A stretch of DNA of 63,602 nucleotides, the filler included, from Chiloscyllium plagiosum (taxonomy: Eukaryota), in NCBI RefSeq assembly GCF_004010195.1. It is 7 parts of 7 records of this genome, joined end to end, with 100 filler letters (N's around TTAATTAATTAA, not from the genome) between each part and the next. Parts side by side here need not be neighbours in the genome. Positions count along the whole stretch, not along the records: positions 18,879 to 31,145 come from NW_025206951.1; positions 31,246 to 45,287 come from NW_025208163.1; 5 more parts are not named here. One strand, given 5' to 3'. Both the position numbers and the translations under genes were made by a program. The notes below the pieces were generated by a model that saw only the letters and a list, made by a program, of their open reading frames with translations, did no database searches and was not told the DNA's origin. Shown here one piece after another: positions 25,201 through 38,384 of the stretch; position 1 is the stretch's first letter; each line of letters starts with the position of its first letter.

Positions 25201-25663
25201 CTGAAAGATAAGAGGAGCAAATTGAATCCCTGCCTTTTGAAGGGATTTTAACTCTGAACATGAACTGGCAAAACAGTCCATTTTGAACATTTATATTCAA
25301 TACCTAACAAACCCCATAAAAGAACAGACATTGGTTAAAGTGCATCTTGGGATGTGAGTGTCACTGGCAGGGCCAGCATTTATTGCCCATCCCTAATTGC
25401 CCCTGAGAAGGTGCTGGTGAAAGAGAAGGGGCAGTTTTGGACCATTGTTTAGGGAATGAATGTGGGCAGCTGGAAGGGCGATAAATGGGGGAGCATTTCA
25501 GTGACTGATCAGTACTCAGTGAGATTGAGAGTGTGGATGGAAATGGAGAACCATGGAGCAAGTGTAAAATTTTCATTTGGGAACAAACCATTTTACTGAA
25601 CTGGGCAGCGATTGGGTAAAAGTGAGCTGAAAGACAAAATGCAGGGGTGAAATTAACCAGAAC

Positions 25664-25972
25664 GGTGGGCGGCACAGTGGTTAGCACTGCTGCCTCACAG
25701 CGCCAGAGACCCGGGTTCAATTCCCACCTCAGGCGACTCTCTGTGTGGAGTTTGCACATTCTCCCCGTGTCTGCGTGGGTTTCCTCCGGGTGCTCCGGTT
25801 TCCTCCCACAATCCAAAAATGTGCAGTTTAGGTGAATTGACCATGCTAAATTGTCCGTAGTGTTAGGTGAAGAGGTAAATGTAGGAGTATGGGTCTGGGT
25901 GGTATACGCTTTGGCGGGTCGGTGTGGACTTGTTGGGCCGAAGGGCCTGTTTCCACACTGTAAATAATCTTA
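25664..25972 (+). mobile_element. V-SINE (HE1-like)
   Basis: Highly similar to 10906-11230, with A and B boxes and the CR1-like tail. Confidence 0.9.
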
Positions 25973-26109
25973 AAAAGAAAGAACCTGAGGAAAGCAAAGA
26001 GCTGACAGGATGAGATGTGTCCAAATGAAGAGAAGGAAATCCCAGTGATGTTTATAATCACAGAAAGAACAAGAAGAGAATGAGGGAATGGAGGAGGCCC
26101 ATTACGTTG

Positions 26110-26615
26110 ACCTCACCAAATTCCAAATATCCCCTCACCAACCTCTCCCAGATCCAACCGTTCAACCTCGCACTGCCCTCTTGAACTGAACTAATTGTCC
26201 ATCTTCCTTCCCAACTATCCACTCCACCCTCCCCTCCGACATATCACAATCAATCCCACCTACATATTCTTATCGCCTTCCCAGTGACCCTCCCACCAGC
26301 CCAGCCCAGTATTTATCTTTCAGCCCCATTGCCCCCTCACCACATTCCTGACGATCTCCACCCTCTCCTCCCTGACCTATCACCTTCATCTCCTCCCCTA
26401 CTGACCTATTGTACTCTATGCTACTCTCTCCCCACCCCCCCCCTCCTCTAGCTTATCTCTCCCCGCTTCAGGCTCTCTGCCTTTATTCCTGATGAAGGGC
26501 TTTTGCCTGAAACGTCGATTTTGCCTGTCCTCGGATGCTGCCTGAATTGCTGTGCTCTTCCAGCACCACTGATCCAGAATCTGGTTTCCAGCATCTGCAG
26601 TCATTGTTTTTACCT
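26110..26615 (+). mobile_element. Penelope-like repeat end with hammerhead-like core
   Basis: Pyrimidine-rich segment followed by CTGATGA-A-GGGC-TTTT-GCCT-GAAACGTC at 26489-26517. Same family as 6013-6232. Confidence 0.65.
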
Positions 26616-26989
26616 CGTTAAATATAACTGGAACAGTTGGATGGAAAAGGAGAAAATGAAAATTAAAGGAGAAGGGAGGAATACTGGTTAGTGATGAGAT
26701 TGATTGTTACCAGAAAATAAAAGGATGGGACAGAATATTGTGAATGTCATATTGTACTGAGGGAACTTAAAGTGCAGGGAAGCTCATTTACAGACCAAAC
26801 TTAAAGGCTTTGTCTTTTAATGCATGAACCATTCAGAATAGTGTAGACAAAGCTGTAAGGTAAATCAAGCTTCGAGGAATTTAAACTAATTATAGAAGGT
26901 AGGGGCTCATGAGAAGTTATTAAAGCATCCAGACCAAGTAATAGGATCGAGAGTATGGAAAGGATTAGGAATCGAACTTGAGGCCCCGC

Positions 26990-27238
26990 AGGTGGGAATG
27001 GTGGATCAGTGGTTCGCACTGCTGTCTCACAGCTTCGGAGACACAGACTCAATTCCAACTGACTGTCTGTGTGGAGTCTACACATTCTCCCCGTGTCTAC
27101 TTGGGTTTCCTCTCATTGTCACAAAGATGTGTAGGTTAGGAGGATTATCCATGGGAATTGTAGGGTGGGTGGGATGCTATTGGAGGGTCAGTCTGGGCTG
27201 AACGGCCTGCTTCCACACTGTAGGGATTCTATGATTTC
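26990..27238 (+). mobile_element. Degenerate V-SINE
   Basis: TGGATCAGTGG A box and GTGTGGAGTCTACACATTCTCCCCGTG core. Confidence 0.75.
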
Positions 27239-27459
27239 TAAAGGAGATAACTATGAGAAGGAGGCAGTCAGTGCATGACTGAGGGTGTTGTACTTTGATG
27301 CATCGAGTATATGAAACAAGGTAAATGAGCCTGTAGCGCAGGGACGTGGCTGCAAGGGGATCAGGGCTGGGAACTAAATATCCAGGGATGCACATCCTCT
27401 TGAAAGGAAATGCAAGGGGATAGAGGGTCAAGTGTGAAGGAGGAACTGAAGGTAATCCT

Positions 27460-27825
27460 TGTTAGTCAGGAAATGGTCTTGGGGAGACTGATGGTTTCAA
27501 AACTTGGTAAGTCCCCAGGGCCTGATGCTCTACATCCCAGTGTCCTTAAGTGGGTGTAGAAATAGTGGACGCATTGCTGGAAAATGATCACCATTCTGCA
27601 GCCTCTAATGGACTAGACAGTATCCAATGTAACCCCACTTTTTAATAAAAGGAGGGAGAGTGAAAATGAGGAATTTTACATGAGTCAATTATTAAAGATA
27701 AAATAACCAAGCATTTGGAAAGCAGTGATAGGATTGGTCCAGGTCAGCATGGATTTACTAAAGGGAAATCAGGCCTGACATATTCTAGAAGGTTTTGAGG
27801 ATGTGATCAGTAGAGAGTGGGTATG
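27460..27825 (+). mobile_element. CR1 reverse-transcriptase fragment
   Basis: Decayed KSPGPD, NVTPLF.KG and QHGFTKGKS motifs. Confidence 0.7.
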
Positions 27826-30800
27826 GGAGATTCAAGGTGGCGGCAGTCTGAACATTCTGGTGTATTGGGCTCTGTGCCATATCCCAGGCAAGGTGGGCTC
27901 CTATCCCTCCCCCCACCATTAGTCACCCCTGACGAATGTTTGTGGTAGAAAGTCGTTAGAGAACCTAGAGCCCCTTTAAATTAGGATTGGGAAGATCTGA
28001 AGCTGAAATGAAGACATCTAAAGGAAAGGGAGCTAGAGGAGTGCAGCAGGCAGGGTGCTCCCCTACTATGTCGGGCACACCCACAGCCGTTATGTCAAAC
28101 CCTCTGGCAGCGTCCTTAAGTTCAGTGGCGCAACAGAATTTACTAACGAAGCCTTGGAGGCCACGATGGAGAGGTCCAAGGGGCGGGTTCGATCCTTGGA
28201 AGGGCAGGTTCAGGCCCTGAAGGAACAAGTAGATGACCTTGAAAATCAAGGTTGGAGAAAAATCTACAGAGCTTGGGCTGACCTGAGCATGGAAAAGATG
28301 AAAACCTCGCTGATTTCCTCAAGAGGTGGCTTCCGGAGTTGCTGGGCCTGGAGATCAAGTCGGGCCGGGTGAGTGTGGAGTGGGCCGACCGCATTGTGAT
28401 GTGTAGGTCTGGGCCGGCCCAGTGCCCCCGCCCCGTCCTAGTGCGACTCCAGCATCACAAGGAAAAGCATTTAATAATAGAAACTGCCCAGAAGACTGGG
28501 AAGGGATCCATAGGCTTTGGTTTATAAAGGTTTGAAAATAATGTGTTTTCATGAATTTTATGGGGCCATAATTAAGAAAAGAAAGACCTTTGATGATGTC
28601 AAGAAAAAAAAACCATTCAATACTCTCTGAGGTACCCGGCAGTGCTATGTTTCAGTTATGGGGGAACTGTCTACAACTTTGACTCGGTGGAAAAAGTAAA
28701 AGAACTTTTGAACTCGCTGAAATGATAGACTTTGACCGAGGAGGAAGAAGGAAAAGAGGCGTGCGGACAATGGCATAACGTAATTTTTTTTTAATCTTCT
28801 CTCTCTTTGTTCTTTTCCCTTTTGGGGTCTCGCGCTTTATAGGCTTGGTATTGCTTTAGTGAGAGATCCGGTATGTTTTATATTATAGCTGTTTGGTGGT
28901 TATTAGCTATTCTATTGTTCTGATTTGCTGGGTGAGGGTGGTTACTCCTTTGATGTAAAGGTGTGTGGGGTTGAGATGAGAAGGGGGAGGGGTGGGTGTC
29001 CATTGTTAACTTGTCGGAGTGGAAATAATATGTTTTTTTCCCCATTGCTTGGCTGTGGGGCGTGACCTTAACTGGAAGGTGCTGGGATGGTTGTGAGGTT
29101 GGGAGTGAATGGCCCCTATGGGCAAGGGGTGGATCTCTGGAAATTTGTGTTTTTNNNNNNNNNNNNNNNNNNNNNNNNNNNNNNNNNNNNNNNNNNNNNN
29201 NNNNNNNNNNNNNNNNNNNNNNNNNNNNNNNNNNNNNNNNNNNNNNNNNNNNNNNNNNNNNNNNNNNNNNNNNNNNNNNNNNNNNNNNNNNNNNNNNNNN
29301 NNNNNNNNNNNNNNNNNNNNNNNNNNNNNNNNNNNNNNNNNNNNNNNNNNNNNNNNNNNNNNNNNNNNNNNNNNNNNNNNNNNNNNNNNNNNNNNNNNNN
29401 NNNNNNNNNNNNNNNNNNNNNNNNNNNNNNNNNNNNNNNNNNNNNNNNNNNNNNNNNNNNNNNNNNNNNNNNNNNNNNNNNNNNTTTACTGTCCCCCGGC
29501 GCATCCTCTCAAGTTTTTAGCTGATGCAGTCTCTAAGTTAATGGCTCTTGGGATGCGCCATATGATTACAGGAGGAGACATTAATAGTCTCATGGACCCT
29601 GGGGTGGACAGGATGCCAAGGGGGCTATCGGGTACACCTCTGCAGACTAGACAGTTAGTGGACTTGTGAGAGGAGTTGGGGCTAGTGGATGTGTGGAGGT
29701 GTCTCCACCCGAATGGGAGGGACTTTACCTTTTATTCCAACCCGCACAAGTGCCTCACACGAATTGAAATGTTCTTTGTTCCTTCTGTTTGTTTGGACTT
29801 GGTGTTAACTGCAGGATTGGGAGCATTACTATTTCGGACCATGTGGCAGTATATTTAGATGTTAAGACCAAAGGTAGTGGAGTAGACACACAGCAATGTC
29901 GCACAAATCCGTTTCTGTTGAAGGATGACAACTTTGTACAGTGTATCACAAGGGAGTACAGGGTTTTTTGGGACATCAATCTGGGTGTGGCCATTAATCC
30001 ATCAGTGCTCTGGGAGACCACCAAAGCATTCTTAAGGGGTATGATTATTTCACACTTGACAATGAGAAGGAGGCAGAGAGGACAGCAGCAGCTGATACTT
30101 GAGGCCCGGCTGAAGGCAGCCAAATCGGCACATTATCCCAGACCATCCGGAGTCAAATTACAACGGGTCACGGCTCTCCGGGCTGCTCTGGACTCAGCGC
30201 TCACACAAGTGGCAAAGAGAGGGGTCTCCTTTGCAAAGCAAAGGCTGTTTGAATATGGGGATAAGCCAGGAAGATCCCTGGCTAGGAAGGAAAGTGCTCC
30301 ACAGTCCATTGTGTTTATCAAGGAGAGAACTGGCAATGTCACTCGTGAACTGAGGAAGTTCGATGCCAGAATTCGGGAGTCCTATGCAGAGTTATACCTG
30401 TCAGAGGGCTGTGGGGATGGAGAAGTGAGAAGGAAATCCTCTTTTCAAAACTTGGACCTCCCTGGTATAAATGCAGATCAGGCCTCCTTTTAAATGTACC
30501 TCTGACAGTACAGGGAATCCTCTTTTCAAAACTTGGACCTCCCTGGTTAAATGCAGATCAGGCCTCCCTTTTAAATGTACCTCTGACAGTACACGAGGTG
30601 CAAGAGGCAGTATTTTAAATGTACCTCTGACAGTACACGAGGTGCAAGAGGCAGTAAGGCAGGTCCAACGTGGTAAGGCACCTGGTCCAGACGGATTCCC
30701 ATGTGGATTTTACAAGGAGCTCATACACATGTCAGCTGAACCACTTCTGGAGCTGTATAGCCATTCATATAGCCAGGACTGTCTTCTGCCCTCTCTTACA

Positions 30801-31145
30801 TAGGCTAATATCGCTCTTATTTTAAAGAAAGGGAAAGACCCTGAGGAATGTGTATTGTATAGACCCATCTCGTTGTTGAACGTGGATTTTAAAATTCTAT
30901 CAGAGGTGTTAGCTCTCAGACTGGAGAAGGTGCTGCCCGTTATTATAAAAGAGGAGCAGACGGATTTTATCAAGGCTGCAGCTCCTCCAACAACACCAGG
31001 CAGGTATCTAGGTGGGTAGCAATGTTATATAAAGACCCCAAGGTGGCGGTTATCGTGAATGGGGTTAAATTGAGTTATTTTGGTGTGGGGAGGGGCAGCC
31101 GACAGGGATGTCCCCTGTTGCCCCTACTGTTTACCTTGGTACTTG
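27826..31145 (+). mobile_element. L1-clade LINE, decayed ORF1 + ORF2, truncated by scaffold end
   Basis: ORF1-like LKEQVDDLENQ...PRPVLVRL at about 28000-28720. Endonuclease motifs GGDIN, LVDVWRCLHP..RDFTFYS, SDH. RT motifs GKAPGPDGF, YRPISLLNVDFKIL, RQGCPL.PLLF. Many frameshifts, and internal duplications at 30435-30655. Confidence 0.9.
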
Positions 31146-31245
31146 NNNNNNNNNNNNNNNNNNNNNNNNNNNNNNNNNNNNNNNNNNNNTTAATTAATTA
31201 ANNNNNNNNNNNNNNNNNNNNNNNNNNNNNNNNNNNNNNNNNNNN
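31146..31245. other. Artificial scaffold spacer
   Basis: 44 N + TTAATTAATTAA + 44 N. Confidence 0.97.
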
Positions 31246-33610
31246 CTCTCTGACAGTGCTGCACTGCCTCAGTACTGATACCTCTGACAGTGCTGCACTG
31301 CCTCAGTACTGACCCTCTGACAGTGCTGCACTGCCTCAGTTCTGACCCTCTGACAGTGCTGCACTCCCTCAATACTGACTCTCTGACAGTGCTGCACTGC
31401 CTCAGTACTGACCCACTGACTCTCTGACAGTGCTGCACTGACTCAGTAATGACTCTCTGACTCTCTGACAGTGCTGCACTGCCTCAGTACTGAACCCTCT
31501 GACAGTGCTGCACTGCCTCAGTACTGAACCCTCTGACAGTGCTGCACTACCTCAGTACTGACCCTCTGACAGTGCTGCACTCCCTCAGTTCTGACCCTCT
31601 GACAGTGCTGCACTCCCTCGTACTGACTCTCTGACAGTGCTGCACTCCCTCAGTACTGACCCTGTGACAGTGCTGCACTCCCTCCGTACTGACCCTCTGA
31701 CCTTCTGACCCTCTGTCAGTGCTGCTCTCTCTCAATACTGACCCTCTGACGCTCTGACAGTGCTGCATTCCCTCAGTACTAACCCTCTGTCAGTCCTGCA
31801 CTCCCTCAGTACTGACCCTCTGACAGTGCTGCACTGCCTCAGTACTGAACTCTCTGACAGTGCTGCACTGCCTCAGTACTGAACCCTCTGACAGTGCTGC
31901 ACTGCCTCAGTACTGACCCTCTGACGTTGCTGCACTCCCTCAGTTCTGATCCTCTGACAGTTCTGCACTGCCTCAGTACTGACCCTCTGACAGTGCTGCA
32001 CTGCCTCAGTACTGACCCTCTGACCCTCTGACAGTGCTGCACTGCCTCAGCACTGACCCTCTGACAGTGCTGCACTTCCTCAGCACTGACTCTCTGATCC
32101 TCTGACAGTGCTGCACTGCCTCAGTACTGACCCTCTGACTGTGCTGCCCTGCCTCAGTATTGACCCTCTGAATCTCTGACAGTGCTGCACTGCCTCAGTA
32201 CTGACACTCTGACCCTCTGACAGTGCTGCACTCCCTCAGTACTGACCCTCTGACCCTCTGACAGTGTTGCACTGCCTCAGTACTGACCCTCTGACCGTCT
32301 GACACTGCTGCACTGCCTCAGTAATGACTCTCTGACAGTGCTGCACTGCCTCAGTACTGACCCTCTGACAGTGCTGCATTCCCTCAATACTGACCCTTTG
32401 ACTCTCTGACAGTGCTGCACTGCCTCAGTTCTGAACCCTCTGACAGTGCTGCACTGCCTCAGTACTGACCCTCTGACAGTGCTGCACTCCCTCAGTTCTG
32501 ACCCTCTGACAGTGCTGCACTTCCTCAGTACTGACCCTCTGACAGTGCTGCACTGCCTCAGCACTGACCCTCTGACAGTGCTGCACCTCCTCAGCACTGA
32601 CTCTCTGACCCTCTGACATTGCTGCACTGCCTCAGTACTGACCCTCTGACTGTGCTGCACTGCCTCAGTAATGACCCTCTGACTCTCTGACAGTGCTGCA
32701 CTGCCTCAGTACTGACACTCTGACCCTCTGACAGTGCTGCACTCCCTCAGTACTGACCCTCTGACCGTCTGACAGTGCTGCACTGCCTCAGTAATGACCC
32801 TCTGACAGTGCTGCACTGCCTCAGTACTGACCCTCTGACNNNNNNNNNNNNNNNNNNNNNNNNNNNNNNNNNNNNNNNNNNNNNNNNNNNNNNNNNNNNN
32901 NNNNNNNNNNNNNNNNNNNNNNNNNNNNNNNNNNNNNNNNNNNNNNNNNNNNNNNNNNNNNNNNNNNNNNNNNNNNNNNNNNNNNNNNNNNNNNNNNNNN
33001 NNNNNNNNNNNNNNNNNNNNNNNNNNNNNNNNNNNNNNNNNNNNNNNNNNNNNNNNNNNNNNNNNNNNNNNNNNNNNNNNNNNNNNNNNNNNNNNNNNNN
33101 NNNNNNNNNNNNNNNNNNNNNNNNNNNNNNNNNNNNNNNNNNNNNNNNNNNNNNNNNNNNNNNNNNNNNNNNNNNNNNNNNNNNNNNNNNNNNNNNNNNN
33201 NNNNNNNNNNNNNNNNNNNNNNNNNNNNNNNNNNNNNNNNNNNNNNNNNNNNNNNNNNNNNNNNNNNNNNNNNNNNNNNNNNNNNNNNNNNNNNNNNNNN
33301 NNNNNNNNNNNNNNNNNNNNNNNNNNNNNNNNNNNNNNNNNNNNNNNNNNNNNNNNNNNNNNNNNNNNNNNNNNNNNNNNNNNNNNNNNNNNNNNNNNNN
33401 NNNNNNNNNNNNNNNNNNNNNNNNNNNNNNNACAGTGCTGCACTCCCTCAATACTGACCCTCTAACAGTGTGACAGTGCTGCACTCCCTCAGTACTGACC
33501 CTCTGACAGTGCTGCACTCCCTCAGTACTGACCCTCTGACCCTCTGACAGTGCTCCACTCCCTCAGTACTGACCCTCTGACAGTGCTGCACTCCCTCAGC
33601 ACTGCACTGC
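31246..33610. repeat. 33-bp (variant 41-bp) minisatellite
   Basis: Unit CTGACAGTGCTGCACTGCCTCAGTACTGACCCT with an optional extra CTGACCCT. N-gap at 32840-33431. Confidence 0.96.
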
Positions 33611-35719
33611 ACTCTCAGCCTGGATAATTTGCTTCTGTAACAGAATCATGTAATTATGAAATCTGTACAATGTCGAAGCAGGCCATTCACTCCAATGAGT
33701 TCGCACCAATCCTCCGAAGAGCATCCCACCCAGAACCAAACCACGACACTATCCCTGTAACCCTGCATTTCCCAATGGCTCATCCACCCAGTGTGCTACA
33801 TTGTGAATGTGAGGGGTGAGTGCTCCCCACTGAGACCAGGCTGACATCTCCCAGTCCAATAGCTTGGCTTGCTTCCCCATCCCAGGCCATATTTGGAGGA
33901 ATGAGACCACCTGGGGAGGCTGAAGCTGTTTCCCAACCAGAGATAGTGCCTTCTGGAGAGAGATGGAGAGCAGATGATGGTGGAGGGCGTGTGGGTCTGT
34001 TATCTCGAGGTGGCATGTGGGACATTGAAGCAGGCAATGGCAGGTACTGAGCCCTTTCCCCTGAAGGAGCTTGTAAGTTGAAGTGTGAAAGTGGGAGGGG
34101 CACTAGAGTAACACCTTTGTTGCTCTTGAAACCCTTGCTGCCTGTTCAGTCACGTCTGAGAGACACACAGACACGTCAGACATCAGGGATGGAGTGGGCA
34201 TTGACAGGTCTGTTATTTATTGCCCTTCTCTAATTGTCCTGGAGAGGGCGGTGGTGAGCAATGTAATATCTGGGAAGGAAAGTGCTGGGATTTGTCCAAA
34301 CAGAACCATGAAACTCAATGTCATGTTCCCAAATGTTCTTTAGGCAAGCGAACCCAGTCATCACCTGGTCTCTGACTCCAGTCCCACAGTGACGTGATTC
34401 ATTCTTAACGGCCCCATGATCTGGCTCAGAAAATAACTCAGTCCAAACAGCTGGAGATGGGCAATAAATTTGAGGCTTCCCAATGACATGAACTCCCTGA
34501 GAAGGAATAATGCAGCTCTTTGCTGTCTGCCTTTGAGCTTCTGATCCACCACACTCTCACTGTTATGGGTCTCTAATCCTCTCAAATTAATTAACTAGAT
34601 GATGGCAATATGTGTTGAGGTTTTATTTTGAACGGTCAGGTCTCTTTTCCCATGCCTCTCTCCTCTCCACCTCCTTCCAAACCTTTCACCAGATGTTTCC
34701 CGTGACAGCCTTGCTGTGCAGAGTGAAAGCTCTCTGTGTTCTCTGAGGCCTCACTCTGTCTGTGTCTGTCTCTTCTCCAATGTAACACAAAACACATGTT
34801 TCTAAAGCCCTGCTGAGAAGGAAAGAGAACTGAGAAAACGACAGCAACCATAACTGACTTGGTCTTGTTAAAGAAAATAATGTTTGTTTTGAAATTATAT
34901 TTCTGTCAGTGAGTGACAAAGGAACAATGGGGGTCCAGGATTGCTGCAGCCTCTGCCCGAACATAGGACCCAGGAGCAGGAGCAGGCCTTTTGGGAGCTG
35001 CTCTGCCAATGAAGAAGATCACTGCTCATCTGGTTATGGTCTCAGCTGCACTTTCAGCCACTATCCCTGCCCCGCCATTATCCTTAACTGCCTTGTTCAT
35101 CAAACATCTGTCTACCTCAGCCATGACTAAACACAATGGCCCAACCTCCATTCCCATGTAGAGAAGAGAATTCCACAGACTGTCAACCCTCAGCAAGAAA
35201 ACCCCAAGAAAACCCCTCCTTCCTTTTAAACAGGAGACTGCTTTGTGTTAAACTGGCCCTCCAGTTCTCGCCTGCCCTGTAACAGGAACCACCCTCTCAG
35301 TATCCAGCCTGTCGTGTCACCTTCAGAAACTGTTAATGAGAGAGAACAGATTGCAAAAGCAAGGCTTTTCCCTGGAAATGATTAACGGTGTTGATGTAAA
35401 CTGTATTCTCCAGTGTCCGAGTCCAGAACAAGAGGATGGATAAAATTAGAATTGGGAATGATTTCAGGAGGAACTCTTTCTGACAGAGAGTGGGGGAAAT
35501 CTAGAACTTTCAATCTGAAAAAGCTATCAAGGTTGAGGTTCAAAGTTCATTCACTCAGGATGGTCAGGGTTACAGAATTAAGGGGGAATATGTTCCAGGT
35601 CAGCCATGGCCTGAGTGACCGACTGGGGAACGAGGCCAAAACAACCGATAACTCATTCCCACTGGAATCCACCGGAATGACTGCTGTTTCATTCAGGTGC
35701 TCATGGCCCTGGTTCTCAG

Positions 35720-35756
35720 CTGCGGTACCAGCACTCTATAGCCACTAGAGGGCAGC
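35720..35756 (+). promoter_or_regulatory. Candidate CTCF site downstream of C-kappa
   Basis: CCACTAGAGGGCAGC at 35742-35756 matches the core consensus, with TGCGGTACC starting 21 nt upstream, where the upstream module is expected. Confidence 0.65.
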
Positions 35757-37278
35757 TGTTTCACTGTCCCTGAACAGAACAAATGAACTGGGCCCTACTC
35801 GGGTCTGACCGGTTCAATCTGTAGAAATGGGGACAGAGAGAGGGAGAACAGCTTTCGAACCAGGATACTTATCACGCCCCAACAGATTCCCTTGTGTGTG
35901 ATGGTTTAGCCCAATAGGAGCAGCACTGGGAGATCATGCTGTATCAGTCTGTCTGTGTGAGAAAGCAGGATTCCCTTTCCTGTGTACATCACAATGTCAA
36001 AGTGCATCACCATTCCAAAATCTCTGGCTCAGTCCTTGAACCTACATCATTCTGGTTGGAAGCAGACAGCCCAGGCTAGTCATGCTGTGTACCCCATCAG
36101 AAAGACCTGTGTGTGATCAGTTATACTATATGGTATGCTCACAGACTGGGTAGCGAGGAGCTGGGCAATTGAATACAGCTCCATCTCCTGAGCGAGATGT
36201 GCTCCCCCTCCCCTCCATCATCTCCAGCTGGCTGAGATTGGGAAAGAGGATCCGAGTGTCCGATTGTACTGTCCGGAAGCTTGTATGTCAGCCAAGTGGA
36301 TCTAACAGAATATGAATTCCCCGATTGGGGTGGATAATCTGATCCAATCAGGGAGATATGGCTGACAGAAATAAACAGAGCCACACAACAAAGGACTCCA
36401 GGTTATAGTCCAACAGATTTTTTTTTGAAATTCTTCACATGACTAAAGAGCAGCAACCTGATTTCAAATAAACTTGGTGGACTATAACCTGGTGTTGTGT
36501 GAATTCTGACTTGTCCAACGCAGTCCGACACCACATCAGAAAGAAACAGGAGTGTCAGACATCCTGTTTGCTCTGAGAGCTGCCTCTGAAGGAGCTGGGT
36601 CAGTGTCAAGGACCCTCCACATGACGGGATACTGGCCTCTGTGCAGTTGTTACATAAACAGTGGGACCCACACTGACAGACACACACCTACAGACTGCAT
36701 TGAATGACAGTCACACCCACACTGACCAACATACTGACAGACAGTGTTGGGTAACAGTCACACCCATACAGGGGCATGTATGCTGTGAGATCCTGACTGA
36801 TCCTCTCTCTGAACTAAGACCTCACTCATTTCCGTTTTGAGCTGTCACTGTGAGGAACAGTTTAAGGTGAGAGAAGTAAACATCACGACTGCAGCGTCCA
36901 GCATCTGTGACTGGCCTAAGTTCGTTTCAGGTGTTACCCAGCAGCAGCAAAGAGGGCACAGTGCGATCCCACCAGCTGGGTCTGGACCAACAGAGTGAAG
37001 AGAGAATGCCTCAGATTGTAATGATTCAGCCCAGACAACTTTCAGTTTCTGTTCTGTTGGGAATCTTGGAAACTCAACAGATTCCCAAACAAAGGGATCA
37101 CTTGGAAATGATTGATGATTGCCTCTCAGTCCAAATTTCAGCCAATGCGTCATTCATTGACAGGCCAAGCAGCCAATCATGATAATCATTTGCTGATATT
37201 CTGCCAATCACCTGAGGGGGCAGTGGTACATTACTTAGAGTTCCAAAGCACTCACAAAACAGAGACTGAATCTTCATC

Positions 37279-37284
37279 TTTATT
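37279..37284 (-). terminator. Poly(A) signal of C-kappa
   Basis: AATAAA on the minus strand about 470 nt after the stop, conserved with the paralog in scaffold B. Confidence 0.65.
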
Positions 37285-37756
37285 CCCTTTCCCAGGTTGT
37301 CATCAACAGAAAAAACTGTAATTAACAGCCCAAACAGAGGAAGTTGTACACGTTCATAGTCACAATGGAGCTTGAGGAAAACAATTGCGGAGATTTTCTC
37401 AATAACATGAGAATCCTAAACAGTGACCAAACCTTAAATTGGAACTGGCGGCTGAGCAGGAAGGAGATCTGGTTTACTGAAGCAGAGACTTCTGAGGTTA
37501 CATTGTTTTGTACAGCTGACAGTCTTCATCAACTTCATGTGATTTTATGTGGCATCACAAGTAACCCCTAACCCCATCAAACACTCACTGGAGAAGGACA
37601 GCGAGGGTTAGATACAGAGTAAAGCTCATTCTCCACTGTCCCAATGAACTGGCGTGAGCCCTGAACCTCAGAAGGGTCTCTGAGCCAGTCCTGAGAAGGA
37701 GGAGAGTTGAAATTCAGTGCTGACAATGACCTTTGTCCTGCCAGCTCAGCCCTGTT

Positions 37757-38127
37757 CTATTTAAAGTTGTGTCTCCTCTGTGGACTGTCTTGAACACTGT
37801 ACACACATTCTGATCTCCTGATGCTCTTGCTGAGGGTAAAGGGGAGGGTCACGTGGGTGAGGGCACAGGAGAAGCGAGCGTTGGACTCCCAGTCAGACCC
37901 AGAGAGGGTCAGCAGGCTGCTGACACTGTAGGTGCTGTCCGAAGCTTGCAGGTAGTTGCTGGTCTGAACCCCGTCCGAAATGACTGCACCATCCTTCTTC
38001 CACTGCACCTCCAGCTCATCGGGATAGAAGTGATTGGCAAGGCACACCAGGGTGGCAGTGCCCTTGGCATTGACCTGCTCCGGGGAGGGGGGCAGCAGGG
38101 GCAGCTTGGGCTGAGAGTTCTCATGGC
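37757..38127 (-). CDS. IGKC: Ig light chain kappa-type (NS4-like) constant exon with stop-loss extension
   Basis: Phase-1 acceptor ttcttttgtctttcag, then HENSQPKLPLLPPSPEQVNAKGTATLVCLANHFYPDELEVQWKKDG...YSVSSLLTLSGSDWESNARFSCALTH...RSECV followed by YSVQDSPQRRHNFK*. C1-set motifs are intact. Confidence 0.93.
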
Positions 38128-38384
38128 CTGAAAGACAAAAGAACCAATTTTAATTCCTGCCATTCGGAAGGATTTCAACTCTCCAAACATTAACGAGCAG
38201 AATATCAGTTTGAACATTTGTATCCAATACAGAACAAACCTAACAAAAGAATGGCTGTTTATTAAAATTCCTTTTTGCTGGTGCAGTTCGAAGTCCCCCA
38301 CCCAGTGTACATTCTGTGTTGAACGTGGACCAGACACTGATTCATCAGCCGAGGGAGAACAGTACATGGTAAGCAGTGGGAGAA

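Noticed and set aside
31246-33610. Repeated GACAGTG resembling RSS heptamers (also CACAGTG/CACTGTG at about 4753, 5759, 5897)
   Set aside because: The essential CAC is missing or no nonamer follows; these are satellite sequence.
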